64,000 bases of DNA, from positions 150,131 through 214,130 of the forward strand of contig CAWDRK010000044.1 of NCBI GenBank assembly GCA_963804635.1. Reading direction: 5' to 3'. Made by a program: the position numbers and the translations under genes. Positions within the stretch are counted from its first letter, which is position 1. Every line of letters starts with the position of its first letter. The notes beneath the pieces are model-generated. The model had not been told where the DNA came from and ran no database searches. It saw only the letters and a list, made by a program, of their open reading frames with translations. Positions 31,748-41,551 of this stretch are shown here, piece after piece. This stretch comes from Candidatus Acidiferrales bacterium (GTDB lineage Bacteria > Acidobacteriota > Terriglobia > Acidiferrales > UBA7541).

Positions 31748-33589
31748 CTATGAATTGGCGGGATATGCCCGGCCGGTGCGGCTCCCGGCGGAGACCGCAG
31801 TGCGTGTCGCGGCGCGCTCCGGGTCGAAGACCGGAATGGAGAAATGGAATTGTGAGCCCTCACCCACTTCGCTTTCCACCCAGATGCGTCCGCCATGAAC
31901 TTCGATGAGGTGCTTGGCGATGCTGAGGCCGAGACCGGTGCCGCCCGCTTCCCGCGAACGTGCCGCATCCACGCGATAGAAGCGCTCAAAGATGCGCGGC
32001 TGGTCCGATCGCGGGATGCCAATGCCGGTATCAGCGACGGTGAAGATGACTTCGTCATTCTTGGCTTCGGCGCTCAGAACGATTTTTCCGCCCGGCAGGG
32101 TGTACTGAATGGCATTGTCCAGCAAATTTTGTAGCACCTCCTGCAGGCGGCGCGAATCGCCGGCAACATCGGGGAGACGACCGGGTAACTGGAGAGAAAG
32201 GGTTAGCCCTTTTTCGGCGGCGCGGCGTTGCGCGGTCTCGTAGCAGGATTCGACAAGTTGCGAGACCGCGAGACGGCGAACCTCCAGCTCAAGGCGCTCC
32301 GCATCCATTTCAGAAAGGCGCAAGAGGTCTTCGGTGAGGCGAGCGAGGCGGCGTGAATGTTCAAGAATGATGCCGAGGAAACGATCGCGATTGTTGGGAT
32401 CATTAACGGCGCCGGCGAGAAGTGTTTCAGAGAAACCCTGAATGGCGGTGAGCGGAGTGCGGAATTCGTGGGACACGTTGGCGACGAAGTCACGTCGGAC
32501 GCGCTCGAGTTTGCGCAGTTCGGTGATGTCGTGCAGCACGATGACCGCGCCTGACGTTTCCCCGGCGCGAACGGAAGCAACGGTGGCGGCGAAATGGTGC
32601 TGCCGGAGCGTGCCAGTGACAATCTCAGCTTCGACGCGCGGCTCGCCGGCCAGAACGCGGCGCACCGCTTCGATGAGTTCGGTTTGGCGTACCACTTCAA
32701 GCAGCGAGCTTCCGGAAACGGGCGGTACGTCCAGGTCGAGGATCTGAGCGAAGCCGGGGTTGGCAAAAACAAGGCGCTCGACGCCGTTCACGACCGCGAC
32801 GCCTTCCACCATGGAGCCGAGAATCGCCGCGGAAAGATTGCGCTCCTCGGTGAGCGTGCGGATCGTGCGATCGAGCCGTTGCGCGGTTTGATTCAACGAA
32901 ACGCCAAGAGATTCCAGGGTGTCGCCTTTACCGTCTCCCGGCAAGGGACGAAAATCTCCTTCCGCCACGCGCACCGAGAACTCGCGCAGCCGCTCAATGC
33001 GATCGGCGTAGGAGCGGGAGATCAGCAGGGCAACCACGGCGGCGAGAACAAGGATCAGAAGGGACCACAGCCAGAGCCGGGTGCGGAAGGTGGCCAATTC
33101 CTGGTCGATGCTTTCCACCGGCAACGCGAGGCGCAAAATAACAGGAGTACCGTCGGGAAAATTCTCGCGCACCGCGTAATAAAGAAGAGGACGCTTGACC
33201 GACACACTCTCGCGCGTGGATTGGCCCTCGCCGTTCTGCAAAGCTTGGAGCACTTCGGGGCGGCCGGCATGGGTCTCCATAGTTTGCGTTGCGGATTCGG
33301 AGTCGGCCAAGACTGTGCCGTCGGAGGCAATCAGGGTCACGCGTACGCCGTTGGCAGCGGCGTTTTTCACCCAGGTGTTCAGAGCAGAATTATCCAGCGG
33401 CGTTTGCGGAGAGCCGGCGGGCAGAGGCTGACGGCCGAGAACGCTGGCGAGCGCTTTGAGTTCCTGAAAACCGTGAGTCTGATAGCTGCTGCGAAGGGTG
33501 CGCTCGGCAAGGAAATCCACGGCGAGCAAAACGCTCAGCAGCAGCGCCAGGAAGGTCAGCGCGAGTTTCCAAAAGAATTTAGGCCGCAC
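31748..33589 (-). CDS. phoR: Sensor histidine kinase PhoR
   Basis: Two TMs, HAMP, PAS, DFVANVSHEFRTPL, NLLDNAIQY, DTGIGI, RFYRVD, GGTGLGL. Confidence 0.9.
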   Translation of the reverse strand: MRPKFFWKLALTFLALLLSVLLAVDFLAERTLRSSYQTHGFQELKALASVLGRQPLPAGSPQTPLDNSALNTWVKNAAANGVRVTLIASDGTVLADSESATQTMETHAGRPEVLQALQNGEGQSTRESVSVKRPLLYYAVRENFPDGTPVILRLALPVESIDQELATFRTRLWLWSLLILVLAAVVALLISRSYADRIERLREFSVRVAEGDFRPLPGDGKGDTLESLGVSLNQTAQRLDRTIRTLTEERNLSAAILGSMVEGVAVVNGVERLVFANPGFAQILDLDVPPVSGSSLLEVVRQTELIEAVRRVLAGEPRVEAEIVTGTLRQHHFAATVASVRAGETSGAVIVLHDITELRKLERVRRDFVANVSHEFRTPLTAIQGFSETLLAGAVNDPNNRDRFLGIILEHSRRLARLTEDLLRLSEMDAERLELEVRRLAVSQLVESCYETAQRRAAEKGLTLSLQLPGRLPDVAGDSRRLQEVLQNLLDNAIQYTLPGGKIVLSAEAKNDEVIFTVADTGIGIPRSDQPRIFERFYRVDAARSREAGGTGLGLSIAKHLIEVHGGRIWVESEVGEGSQFHFSIPVFDPERAATRTAVSAGSRTGRAYPANS

Positions 33590-34274
33590 GGGTTTCGAAA
33601 AGATAGCCGGCGCCGCGCACGGTCTTCAGGTGCAGGGGATTTTCCGGGTCGGATTCGATCTTTTCACGCAAGCGGCGAACGTAAACGTCGACGCTGCGCG
33701 GAGTGACGAACCGGTCGGTGCCCCACACGGCGTCGAGTAACTGATCCCGAGTGAAGACGCGATTAGGGCGCGAAGCCAGGTAATAGAGTAAACGAAATTC
33801 AAGGGTGCTCAGCGGCACGGGCCTTCCCGCATGACTGACGCGGTAGGAAGCCGGGTCGATGGCCAGGCGGCCGATTTCCAGGATGCGGGGAGCATCGGTG
33901 GGCGGTTCGGCGCGGCGAATAAGAGCCTTAACGCGGGCAATCAGCTCGCGGGGACTGAAGGGCTTGGTGACGTAATCGTCGGCGCCCATTTCGAGGCCAA
34001 CCACGCGGTCGGCTTCGTCGCCGCGAGCCGTGAGCATCAGGATGGGGAGGCGATTCAGGGATTCGTCCTTGCGGATCTCGCGGCAAATGTCCAAGCCCGA
34101 CAGCTTGGGCAGCATGAGGTCGAGCAGCAGCAGATCGGGAGGTGACTTCTTGAGCGAGGATAGGCCGCTGGCGCCATCAAGAGCGGCGCTGATTTGAAAA
34201 CCTTCATTGGCAAGGTTATAGCGAACGAGTTCGACGATGTCGCGGTCGTCTTCAATGATCAGGATGCGTTTCAT
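33579..34274 (-). CDS. phoB: OmpR/PhoB family response regulator
   Basis: ILIIEDD, LLDLMLP, GADDYVTKPF, winged helix RSVDVYVRRLR..TVRGAGY; operon with phoR and phoU. Confidence 0.88.
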   Translation of the reverse strand: MKRILIIEDDRDIVELVRYNLANEGFQISAALDGASGLSSLKKSPPDLLLLDLMLPKLSGLDICREIRKDESLNRLPILMLTARGDEADRVVGLEMGADDYVTKPFSPRELIARVKALIRRAEPPTDAPRILEIGRLAIDPASYRVSHAGRPVPLSTLEFRLLYYLASRPNRVFTRDQLLDAVWGTDRFVTPRSVDVYVRRLREKIESDPENPLHLKTVRGAGYLFETRAA

Positions 34275-34410
34275 GTACCGCTCTCGAACCGCAGATCGCA
34301 TCGGTAGGAGTCTACCGTAGGCCGCCGAATCGCGGTAGGCATGGATTTGTATGAACCCCCGGGGAATTGCCTGAATCGAGAGTATTGTGGCAGGGGAAGC
34401 CGGAGATGTG

Positions 34411-34450
34411 GTGAGCAGGAGATGACAAGAATATGAATGAACTGTAAACG
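34411..34450 (-). promoter_or_regulatory. PHO-box-like array of four 11-bp direct repeats upstream of phoB
   Basis: Minus strand CGTTTAC-n4-CATTCAT-n4-TTGTCAT-n4-TGCTCAC; consensus CTGTCAT with 11-bp period. Confidence 0.65.
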
Positions 34451-34511
34451 ACGCTAAGCAGCGGACTGGGCAGGGGTTAACAGCGCATTCATATTTGAGC
34501 GCGGTGCCAGG

Positions 34512-34910
34512 TCAGCTGGCGGCAGCGGCCTCGAGCAGGGGAGTCGGGCCAGCGAGGTTCTTGATCAGTTCCGGGGGAATGTTGTGGCGCTGCTGCAGAT
34601 ATTCCGGGGAGTTGTACGAAAGCCAGACTTTGCCGCCGGCATCTTGCCAGATGAGGGCCTTCAGCGGGAGGTCAATGGCGACGGTGGGGGAGGCGAGCAT
34701 CAGCGGCGTGCCGCCTTTGGGGCTGCCGAAGATTAGAACCTGCGTAGGAGGCATGTGCAAGCCCACCTTTTCGGCCTCGCCACTGTGCTCGACCCGGCAA
34801 AAAATAGTGATGCCGTGAGCGGCGAGACTCGCCTCCAGGCGCTTGGCAGTTTCGGCGACCGAGTGGGAACTGCTGAGGTGCACGAGTCCGTTGTCTGGAG
34901 CGCTGGTCAT
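34512..34910 (-). CDS. DUF302 domain protein
   Basis: LIFGSPKGGTPLM, IDLPLKALIW, LSYNSP. Confidence 0.88.
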   Translation of the reverse strand: MTSAPDNGLVHLSSSHSVAETAKRLEASLAAHGITIFCRVEHSGEAEKVGLHMPPTQVLIFGSPKGGTPLMLASPTVAIDLPLKALIWQDAGGKVWLSYNSPEYLQQRHNIPPELIKNLAGPTPLLEAAAAS

Positions 34911-35056
34911 ACGTGTTCTCCTCAGGAACAGCAGATGCCAGATATGGTAACGAGGTTACGGTCCCGAGTGGTTTCCGGCAACGTGATCGGTGAGTAGCGA
35001 TCAGCGATTCATGTAGGGCTGACGCTGTGGCCCGAGAGAGGGTTTGCGTCTTCAAT

Positions 35057-35134
35057 GGGGCGCCGGCTTTTATGCTAGCCACGGGGTTGCGATGCCAGCG
35101 GTGTTTCACAGTTGGCAGGAAAGCCAGCGCTACA
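35057..35134. repeat. Inverted GTAG-type REP pair, family B
   Basis: ggggcgccggcttttatgctagc ... ggcaggaaagccagcgctaca. Confidence 0.7.
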
Positions 35135-35193
35135 GGCGGAAAAAGAGAATGCCGGAGCCCACAGGCGGACACGGCGTGTGGCGCACCCGGAGA

Positions 35194-37749
35194 TCAGGAG
35201 TTGGGAGTTGTGGCGAAGGCCAGCGTGATCAGGGTCTTCTGCTCGAGTTCGTGGGCTTTGGAAGAACCGGTGGCCGGACTGGCGCTCGCGGAACGTTTCA
35301 CGGAGCGCACGCGAATGTTTTTGTCCTTGGCGATGCGTTCCAGGCGCGGAAGCACGTAGAAGAGCGCGCCCATGTTGGCGGGTTCTTCCTGGACCCAGAC
35401 GATTTCCCTGGTGTTGGGATGCGCATCGATGGCGGCGGCAATTTCGGCTTTTGGCAGCGGGTAAAGCTGGTCGAGAAAAAAGATGGCAGTGCTGGTGTCG
35501 TTGCGGCGGCGCCGTTCCGCGCGGAGGTCATGGCCCACCTTGCCGCTGGCAATGAGGATACTCTGCGCGTCGGTGACTTCGCGATCGGGCACGAGAGTGA
35601 GGAAGCGCGGGCGCTCGAATTCTTCAAGAACGGAAGAAGCATCCGGATGACGCAGCATGCTCTTCGGGGTGAAAACGATCAGAGGCTTGCGCCACAGCCG
35701 GCGGGCCTGGCGGCGCAACAGGTGGAAATACTGCGCGGCGGTGGAAGGCTGGCAAATATTCATATTGCCTTCGGCGGCGAGCTGCATGAAGCGTTCGATG
35801 CGGGCGCTGGAATGCTCCGGACCCTGGCCTTCGTAGCCGTGGGGAAGCAGCAGAGCGAGGCCGGTGGGAAGTCCCCACTTGTCTTCGCTGGCGCTGATGA
35901 ACTGGTCGATGATGATCTGCGCGCCGTTGACGAAATCGCCGAACTGAGCTTCCCAGAGAACCAGGCCTTCGGGATAGTCGCGCGAAAAGCCGTATTCGAA
36001 GCCCAGGCAAGCGAATTCGGACAGCGAAGAGTTGTGAATTTCGCAGAAGGCCTGGGAGGCAGAGAGATGCGCCAGCGGGAGATACTCCTGCTCCGTCTGC
36101 GTGTCGAGCAGAACAGCGTGGCGCTGGTTGAACGTGCCGCGCTGCGAATCCTGCCCGGTCAGCCGAACGGGATTGCCTTCCAGAACGAGTGAGCCAAATG
36201 CGAGAAGTTCGGCAAAACCAAAATCCACCGGACGCTTGCCGTATCCCATTTCGCCGCGCTGTTCCAGCAATTTCACGATTTTCGGATGCACGTGAAATCC
36301 AGCGGGCGGGCGAATCAGTCCAGCGGTGATTTCCGCAAGCTTTTCGCGAGAGAGCCCGGTATCGACTTCGAACGCGGGATTGTATTTGCCGTAGTTGTAC
36401 GGGGCCCAGTAGTCCGGCAATTTGCGAAGGCGCGGGATCTTGGTGAGCTTGCCTGCTTTGCGCTGAGCTTCTTCGTATTCCTTGCGGATGCTGGCAGCCA
36501 TGGGCTCGGCATCGATGCCGGTGTGCTGCGCATAAATCTTCCAGAGTTGCGGATGCGACTTGATGCGCTCGTAAAGGCGCGGCTGCGTGATCGTGGGGTC
36601 GTCCACTTCGCTGTGCCCGTGGCGGCGGTAACCGATCAGATCGATGACCACATCGGAATTGAAATGCGCGCGATATTCCGCGGCGATGCGGCCGATGCGC
36701 ACCACGGCGTCGGGATCTTCCGCGTTGACGTGGAAAATCGGAATGCTTTGCCGGCGCGAGATGCTGGACGCAAAACGCGACGAATGTTCCTGAGTCGGAC
36801 GAGTGGTGAAGCCGATGAGATTGTTGACGATGATATGCACGGTGCCGCCGACAGAGTAAGCCGCGAGATCAGCAAGATTGAGCGTTTCGGCGAGCACGCC
36901 CTGGCCGGCATAGGCGGCGTCGCCGTGCATGACAATGCACCAAACCTTGTTGAGGACGGGTTGCGAGTGGTCGATTTGCGCGCCGTGCACCCCATGGCGC
37001 GTTTGCTTGGCGCGCGCGCGTCCCATGGCCACAGGATCGACGGCTTCCAGGTGGCTGGGATTGGAAACCAGGTGAATGTTCAATTGCTTGCCGGCGGAAG
37101 TGCCGTACGTGCCGGTCGCGCCGACGTGATACTTCACATCGCCCGCGCCGAGCACGCTGCGCGGGTCGACATCTTCGAAGCCCGCGACAACTTCATGCGC
37201 CGGTTTGCAGGCGATGTGCGTCATGACGTTCAGGCGGCCGCGATGGCTCATGGCCATGATGGAATCGATGCCGCCGTTTTCCCCGGCTACGTCGAGAATG
37301 GCATCGAGAAGCGGAATGAGCGCGGTGTTGCCCTCGAGGGAAAAACGCTTGCTGCCGAGATAACGGCTTTGGAGCACCTGCTCGAAGAGATCGGCGCGAA
37401 TCAGACGCTCGAGAACTTTTGGCTGGTTGACCTCGAACTCCGGTCCTTCCATGCGCTCGGCGATCCAGCGGCGGCGCTCCGGTTCAGGGAGATGATTGAT
37501 CTCCACACCGATAGTGCCGCAATAGTAGCGGCGCGCTTGCTCGGCGAATTCCCCGGAGAGGCCTTGAAGGTCGGGAAATTTGAGGGGGGCGAAGAAGCCC
37601 AGAGGGTCGAGCGTGGCTTCGTAAAAGCCCCAGCGGCGGAAAAGATCGAAGATACGTTCGCGCTCGGCATGATTGCTGCCGTTGGACGAAGCGGATTTCT
37701 TTGCGGATTTGGACAGCTTTTCGGGAGCGATGGTCACACGGTTAGCCAT
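35194..37749 (-). CDS. sucA: 2-oxoglutarate dehydrogenase E1 (short N-terminus)
   Basis: KRFSLEG, MSHRGRLN, GDVKYH, NPSHLEAV, HGDAA, RGTFNQRH, WEAQFGDF, LPHGYEGQGPEHSSAR. Confidence 0.95.
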   Translation of the reverse strand: MANRVTIAPEKLSKSAKKSASSNGSNHAERERIFDLFRRWGFYEATLDPLGFFAPLKFPDLQGLSGEFAEQARRYYCGTIGVEINHLPEPERRRWIAERMEGPEFEVNQPKVLERLIRADLFEQVLQSRYLGSKRFSLEGNTALIPLLDAILDVAGENGGIDSIMAMSHRGRLNVMTHIACKPAHEVVAGFEDVDPRSVLGAGDVKYHVGATGTYGTSAGKQLNIHLVSNPSHLEAVDPVAMGRARAKQTRHGVHGAQIDHSQPVLNKVWCIVMHGDAAYAGQGVLAETLNLADLAAYSVGGTVHIIVNNLIGFTTRPTQEHSSRFASSISRRQSIPIFHVNAEDPDAVVRIGRIAAEYRAHFNSDVVIDLIGYRRHGHSEVDDPTITQPRLYERIKSHPQLWKIYAQHTGIDAEPMAASIRKEYEEAQRKAGKLTKIPRLRKLPDYWAPYNYGKYNPAFEVDTGLSREKLAEITAGLIRPPAGFHVHPKIVKLLEQRGEMGYGKRPVDFGFAELLAFGSLVLEGNPVRLTGQDSQRGTFNQRHAVLLDTQTEQEYLPLAHLSASQAFCEIHNSSLSEFACLGFEYGFSRDYPEGLVLWEAQFGDFVNGAQIIIDQFISASEDKWGLPTGLALLLPHGYEGQGPEHSSARIERFMQLAAEGNMNICQPSTAAQYFHLLRRQARRLWRKPLIVFTPKSMLRHPDASSVLEEFERPRFLTLVPDREVTDAQSILIASGKVGHDLRAERRRRNDTSTAIFFLDQLYPLPKAEIAAAIDAHPNTREIVWVQEEPANMGALFYVLPRLERIAKDKNIRVRSVKRSASASPATGSSKAHELEQKTLITLAFATTPNS

Positions 37750-37823
37750 AGGTCTGTTCTACAGACTTTCTATTTTGCCATAAGAGGCGGGTGGGGCCGA
37801 AATCAGCTAGAGCAGCGTCGTCG

Positions 37824-38200
37824 TCAATTCCTCAGGGAGAAAACCACGTTAACTTCGGTGTCCACTTCGACTTGCTGGCCATTCAAGACAGTAGGCTTGT
37901 ACCGCCACTGTTTGACGGCATCAATCGCGGCCGGTACCAACTGCGCATCACCACTCAGCAACTCAATCTGGCGCACGCCGCCATCCTTCGCCAGGACGAT
38001 ATGCAATTTCACGGTGCCCTGAACCCCATTCGCTCTCGCGGCCTCAGGGGATTAACTTCATGTATCAGGTTGGGTTTCTGCACATTTCCGCTGAGCCGGA
38101 TGCGCACAGGAGGCGCGGTACTGAGCGCCTGCATGACCCCGAAATCCCCATAGCGAAATCCACCGTCGGCAAAATCTCCAAGAAGGGTTGGAGACCTACG
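37824..38200 (-). pseudogene. TonB C-terminal domain remnant
   Basis: RIRLSGNVQKPNLIHEVNP, then a shift where YP is expected, then EAARANGVQGTVKLHIVLAKDG...AIDAVKQWRYKP.VLNG. Confidence 0.75.
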
Positions 38201-38425
38201 AATGGACCCGTCTTGTATTTAGACACGACGAAATGCAATTTAAAGGTGCCCCGAACCCCATTCGCTCTCGCCAATTCATGGGATTAACTTCATGTATAAG
38301 ATTCCTTTCTGCACATTCCCCTAAGGTGAATACACACAGGAGGCCGGTATGAACAACTGCAAGACTTGATATCCCATGGCAGAAATAAGGCCGACAAAAT
38401 TCAAGCAATGGTTGGAGACCTATGA
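37995..38425. repeat. Diverged tandem duplication, offset about 232 bp, of part of the tonB remnant
   Basis: Shared blocks atgcaattt, gaaccccattcgctctcgc, gggattaacttcatgtat, tttctgcacatt, cacaggaggc, ggttggagaccta. Confidence 0.85.
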
Positions 38426-38615
38426 GAAAAATAACTTGCGCCCAACGGAACTGATTGTTCAAGAAGACCGTGCCGAGGAACAACCCAACAGGAGCCCAAT
38501 ATTGCAGAGTGAGAACCGATGAGCGATGGTTTCCTAGCATGGGATTTTGAACGCCCCGTATAGCACAGCGATTTCAGTCAGCTATCCCGCGCGCCCATGT
38601 CGCGCGGGGGAAACC

Positions 38616-41237
38616 CTACAAGGAGCGGACCAGATCCTGCAGACGGGAGGCGATTTCGGCCGGAGCCGTGTTGCGCGGGAAGGAGACAGGGGCGCCGATG
38701 TGGACGGTGACTTCGCCGGGGTGGGCAAGGCGGCGGTGCTCCTTCTGCATGCGCCAGAGGCCGTCGACGCGCATAGGCACAACCGGGATGTTCAGATTTT
38801 GCGCGAGCAGACCGATGCCGTGTTGGAACGGGGCCATGTCCGGAGTGTCGCGCATGTTGATATCGCCCTCGGGGAAAACCAGGATGCTGTAGCCGCGATC
38901 GACGGATTCGCCGGCAAAACGAAAGCTCTCGCGAAAGCCAGAAAAACGCGGAAGCGGGAAAACGTTGAAGAGCGAGACCACCGAAAAATACTTGAACCTC
39001 CACAGGAAACGCTTGGCGAAAGACCATTTATGAGGCGGATGCCGGAATGACTGGAGTTCCTCTCCGCCCATCGCCGCAGCGAGACGATGACGAAAGCGCG
39101 GCGGGAGAGCAACGAGCACGAGCCCGATATCGGCGCGGCGGGTAACGTGATTGGCAACAAAGATGAATGGGCCTTTGCGATTGGCGAGGTTTTCGCGGCC
39201 CGCGATGCGCGCGTGTGCCAGAAGCAGCGTGGCGGGCCAGGTGAGCGCGTAGTACACGGCGATGCGGATGAGACGGATGGGCTCGCGTTGCTGCCAGCTG
39301 GTGTAAACGAAGTCCGAGCGGCGGGCTGACGGTTGCGCGATGAGGCGCTCGAGGTCAGCAGTGGACTTGGCGTCAGCGAATTGCGTTTCGTTGAGTTCGA
39401 TATTGTAGCGATGTTCGAGAGTGGAGAGGAGTTCGACGCGGTCGAGCGAGGACATGGAGGCGAGGTCGGCGGTGGATGGCAAAGCGCAAGAGAGGTCCCG
39501 CGCTTCGCTGGGGATGACAGAATTGTTAAGCGAGCCTGTGGCGCGACCAAGAAGTTCGGCGGTGCGGGACGCAAGGACCGCGAGACGCGGCTTGCCGGTG
39601 GGAGTGCGCGGGAAGTCGCGGTCAGGCCAGACCAGCCAGCGACGGATGCGCTGGTATTCGGCGAGGGAAGAATTGGCGGCGTCAACGGCGGTGCGGGCGG
39701 GGAGAGATGATGCATCGAGGATTGCTGGTTCCATCGATTGCGATGATGTTGCGGTGTTCCGACCGTCGCTTGCTTCGCTCGCGATGACACTTGGCGGTGA
39801 TGGCGATGGTCGTAACAGAAGGATGGCTAGAGGTTCGGCGTTGGCGGCGGAGTCTAGAGGGATGACGACGGCGTCGCGGACGGCAGGCTGGCGGCGAAGC
39901 ACGGCTTCGAGGTCTTCGGGATAAACGTTCAGGCCTGCCGGCGTGACGATCACATTCTTCTTGCGGCCGCGAAAGCGCAAGTTCCCCTCGGCGTCCAGTT
40001 CCCCGAGATCGCCGGTGCCGAGCCAGCCATCGTCTTCTGCCGCGCGCGACTGGAACGCGCCCTTCTCAAAATAGCCGGAAGAAACATTTTCGCCGCGAAC
40101 GAGGATTTCGCCGTCGGGAGCGAGGCGGAATTCCCGGCCCGGCAGGATTTTGCCCACGGTTCCCTCGGCGGCACTGAACGGATGATTGACGCTGACCAAT
40201 GATGCGGTCTCCGTCATGCCGTAACCCTGCACGACGGCGTAGCCGATCAGCTTGAAGAACTCCTCGGTCTGCGAGGAAAGCGCGGCGCCACCGGAGATGA
40301 AAGCCCAGAATTTCCAGCCCAACTGTCGATGGATCCGTCGGAAGCGCCACGCGCGCATGTAGAAGTGTTCCTGGGCATAGGCGGCAGCGGTGGCATGGAA
40401 CCAGGGGCGCCAGCCGCGCGCCTCGATATCTTGCTCCACGGCATTGCGCAATGCATCGAGCATGCGAGGCACAGCGATCGCGATTGTGGCGCGCTCGCGC
40501 CGGATGGTGCGGAGAATGTCCCTGGGATGTGGAGAGTTTTCCAGCACGACGGTGGCGCCAAGCAGCGGCGGCACGAACACCGACATGAACTGGCCAAAAA
40601 CATGGCTGAGGGGAACGAGCGAAACAAATCCCAGGGGATGGAACCATTTCTCGCGCTTGCCATATTCCTGGATACCCGTTTCGATGGGCTCCAGGTTTGC
40701 AAGAAAATTGCCGTGGGTGAGAACCACGCCGCGGGGCTCGCTGGTGGTGCCGGAAGTGAACAGAATCTCAGCAACATCAGTTCGCGTGGCTTGATCGCCG
40801 GGAGCGGCGACTGAATCCGCCAGAGGCGGGCAGGACGCGACGGCGAGGTTCAAATCGTTGTAGGCGAGAGAAGGCGGGCCGTCGGGCAGCACCGGTTGCG
40901 CGGCGTCGTGCAGGATGGCTTTCACTTGCGCTTCACGAACGATCCGCTGAACGAACCCGAGATTCGCTGCCGCATCCATGGGCACAGCCACGGCTCCGCG
41001 AAGCAGAGTGGCCCAGAAGCCGGCGATCCACGCGGACGAGTTCGGTCCCCACAGAAGAACGCGATCTCCCGGGCCAACACCGCGGCCGGCAAGCACGCGA
41101 GCCCATGAAAATGCGTCAGCGCGGAGTTTGGCATAGGTCATGGATTCCCGACGGTAGCCGCGTGTTTCGACGACGGCTGGGTCATTGGCGAACCGCGCAA
41201 ACGAGTTGAGCAGCGAGAGCAGGTTGCGGCGGGGCAT
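38616..41237 (-). CDS. Long-chain acyl-CoA/ACP synthetase + carrier domain + PlsC-type acyltransferase fusion
   Basis: FTSGTTSEPRG, QGYGMTE, TGDLG, PRTPTGK; MSSLDRVEL carrier Ser; FVANH and VFPEG acyltransferase motifs. Confidence 0.88.
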   Translation of the reverse strand: MPRRNLLSLLNSFARFANDPAVVETRGYRRESMTYAKLRADAFSWARVLAGRGVGPGDRVLLWGPNSSAWIAGFWATLLRGAVAVPMDAAANLGFVQRIVREAQVKAILHDAAQPVLPDGPPSLAYNDLNLAVASCPPLADSVAAPGDQATRTDVAEILFTSGTTSEPRGVVLTHGNFLANLEPIETGIQEYGKREKWFHPLGFVSLVPLSHVFGQFMSVFVPPLLGATVVLENSPHPRDILRTIRRERATIAIAVPRMLDALRNAVEQDIEARGWRPWFHATAAAYAQEHFYMRAWRFRRIHRQLGWKFWAFISGGAALSSQTEEFFKLIGYAVVQGYGMTETASLVSVNHPFSAAEGTVGKILPGREFRLAPDGEILVRGENVSSGYFEKGAFQSRAAEDDGWLGTGDLGELDAEGNLRFRGRKKNVIVTPAGLNVYPEDLEAVLRRQPAVRDAVVIPLDSAANAEPLAILLLRPSPSPPSVIASEASDGRNTATSSQSMEPAILDASSLPARTAVDAANSSLAEYQRIRRWLVWPDRDFPRTPTGKPRLAVLASRTAELLGRATGSLNNSVIPSEARDLSCALPSTADLASMSSLDRVELLSTLEHRYNIELNETQFADAKSTADLERLIAQPSARRSDFVYTSWQQREPIRLIRIAVYYALTWPATLLLAHARIAGRENLANRKGPFIFVANHVTRRADIGLVLVALPPRFRHRLAAAMGGEELQSFRHPPHKWSFAKRFLWRFKYFSVVSLFNVFPLPRFSGFRESFRFAGESVDRGYSILVFPEGDINMRDTPDMAPFQHGIGLLAQNLNIPVVPMRVDGLWRMQKEHRRLAHPGEVTVHIGAPVSFPRNTAPAEIASRLQDLVRSL
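39491..39520 (-). repeat. REP-like family A copy inside CDS, read in frame as VIPSEARDL
   Basis: Minus strand ctgtcatccccagcgaagcgcgggacctct compared with intergenic gtcatcccgagcgaagcgaggaatctg. Confidence 0.75.
39736..39790 (-). repeat. Related REP-like element inside CDS, read as VIASEASD...SQS
   Basis: Minus strand tgtcatcgcgagcgaagcaagcgac...cgcaatc. Confidence 0.6.
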
Positions 41238-41551
41238 GATTACGGGTGCTCCAGAGCAAGCGGGTTCATGATACGCCGGATGGATTGGTAAAGGAGGACT
41301 GCCATTTAATCAATGGGAAGCACGTCGGGTGCCACCTAAGCGCCTTTCACTGCATCACAATGGAGGCGTGATGGAAAGGGCCGTAGAATCTTAGAGTGAC
41401 GCGACCCGGGGCTTCTCAGGTAAACTAGAAGCTTCAGGGCTGGGGAAGCAAACGCAGCAATCCCGCGAACAGCCCGTGTTCGGAAGCGGGTTCGAAAGCG
41501 AATCGAAGTGCGGCGCGGCACGAGTCGCGGACCGGCACAACTGGGGAAGGA

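Noticed and set aside
37995-38425. Diversity-generating retroelement TR/VR pair
   Set aside because: The A bias is on the non-coding strand relative to tonB, there are many non-A mismatches and indels, the target is a broken gene, and no reverse transcriptase is in the window
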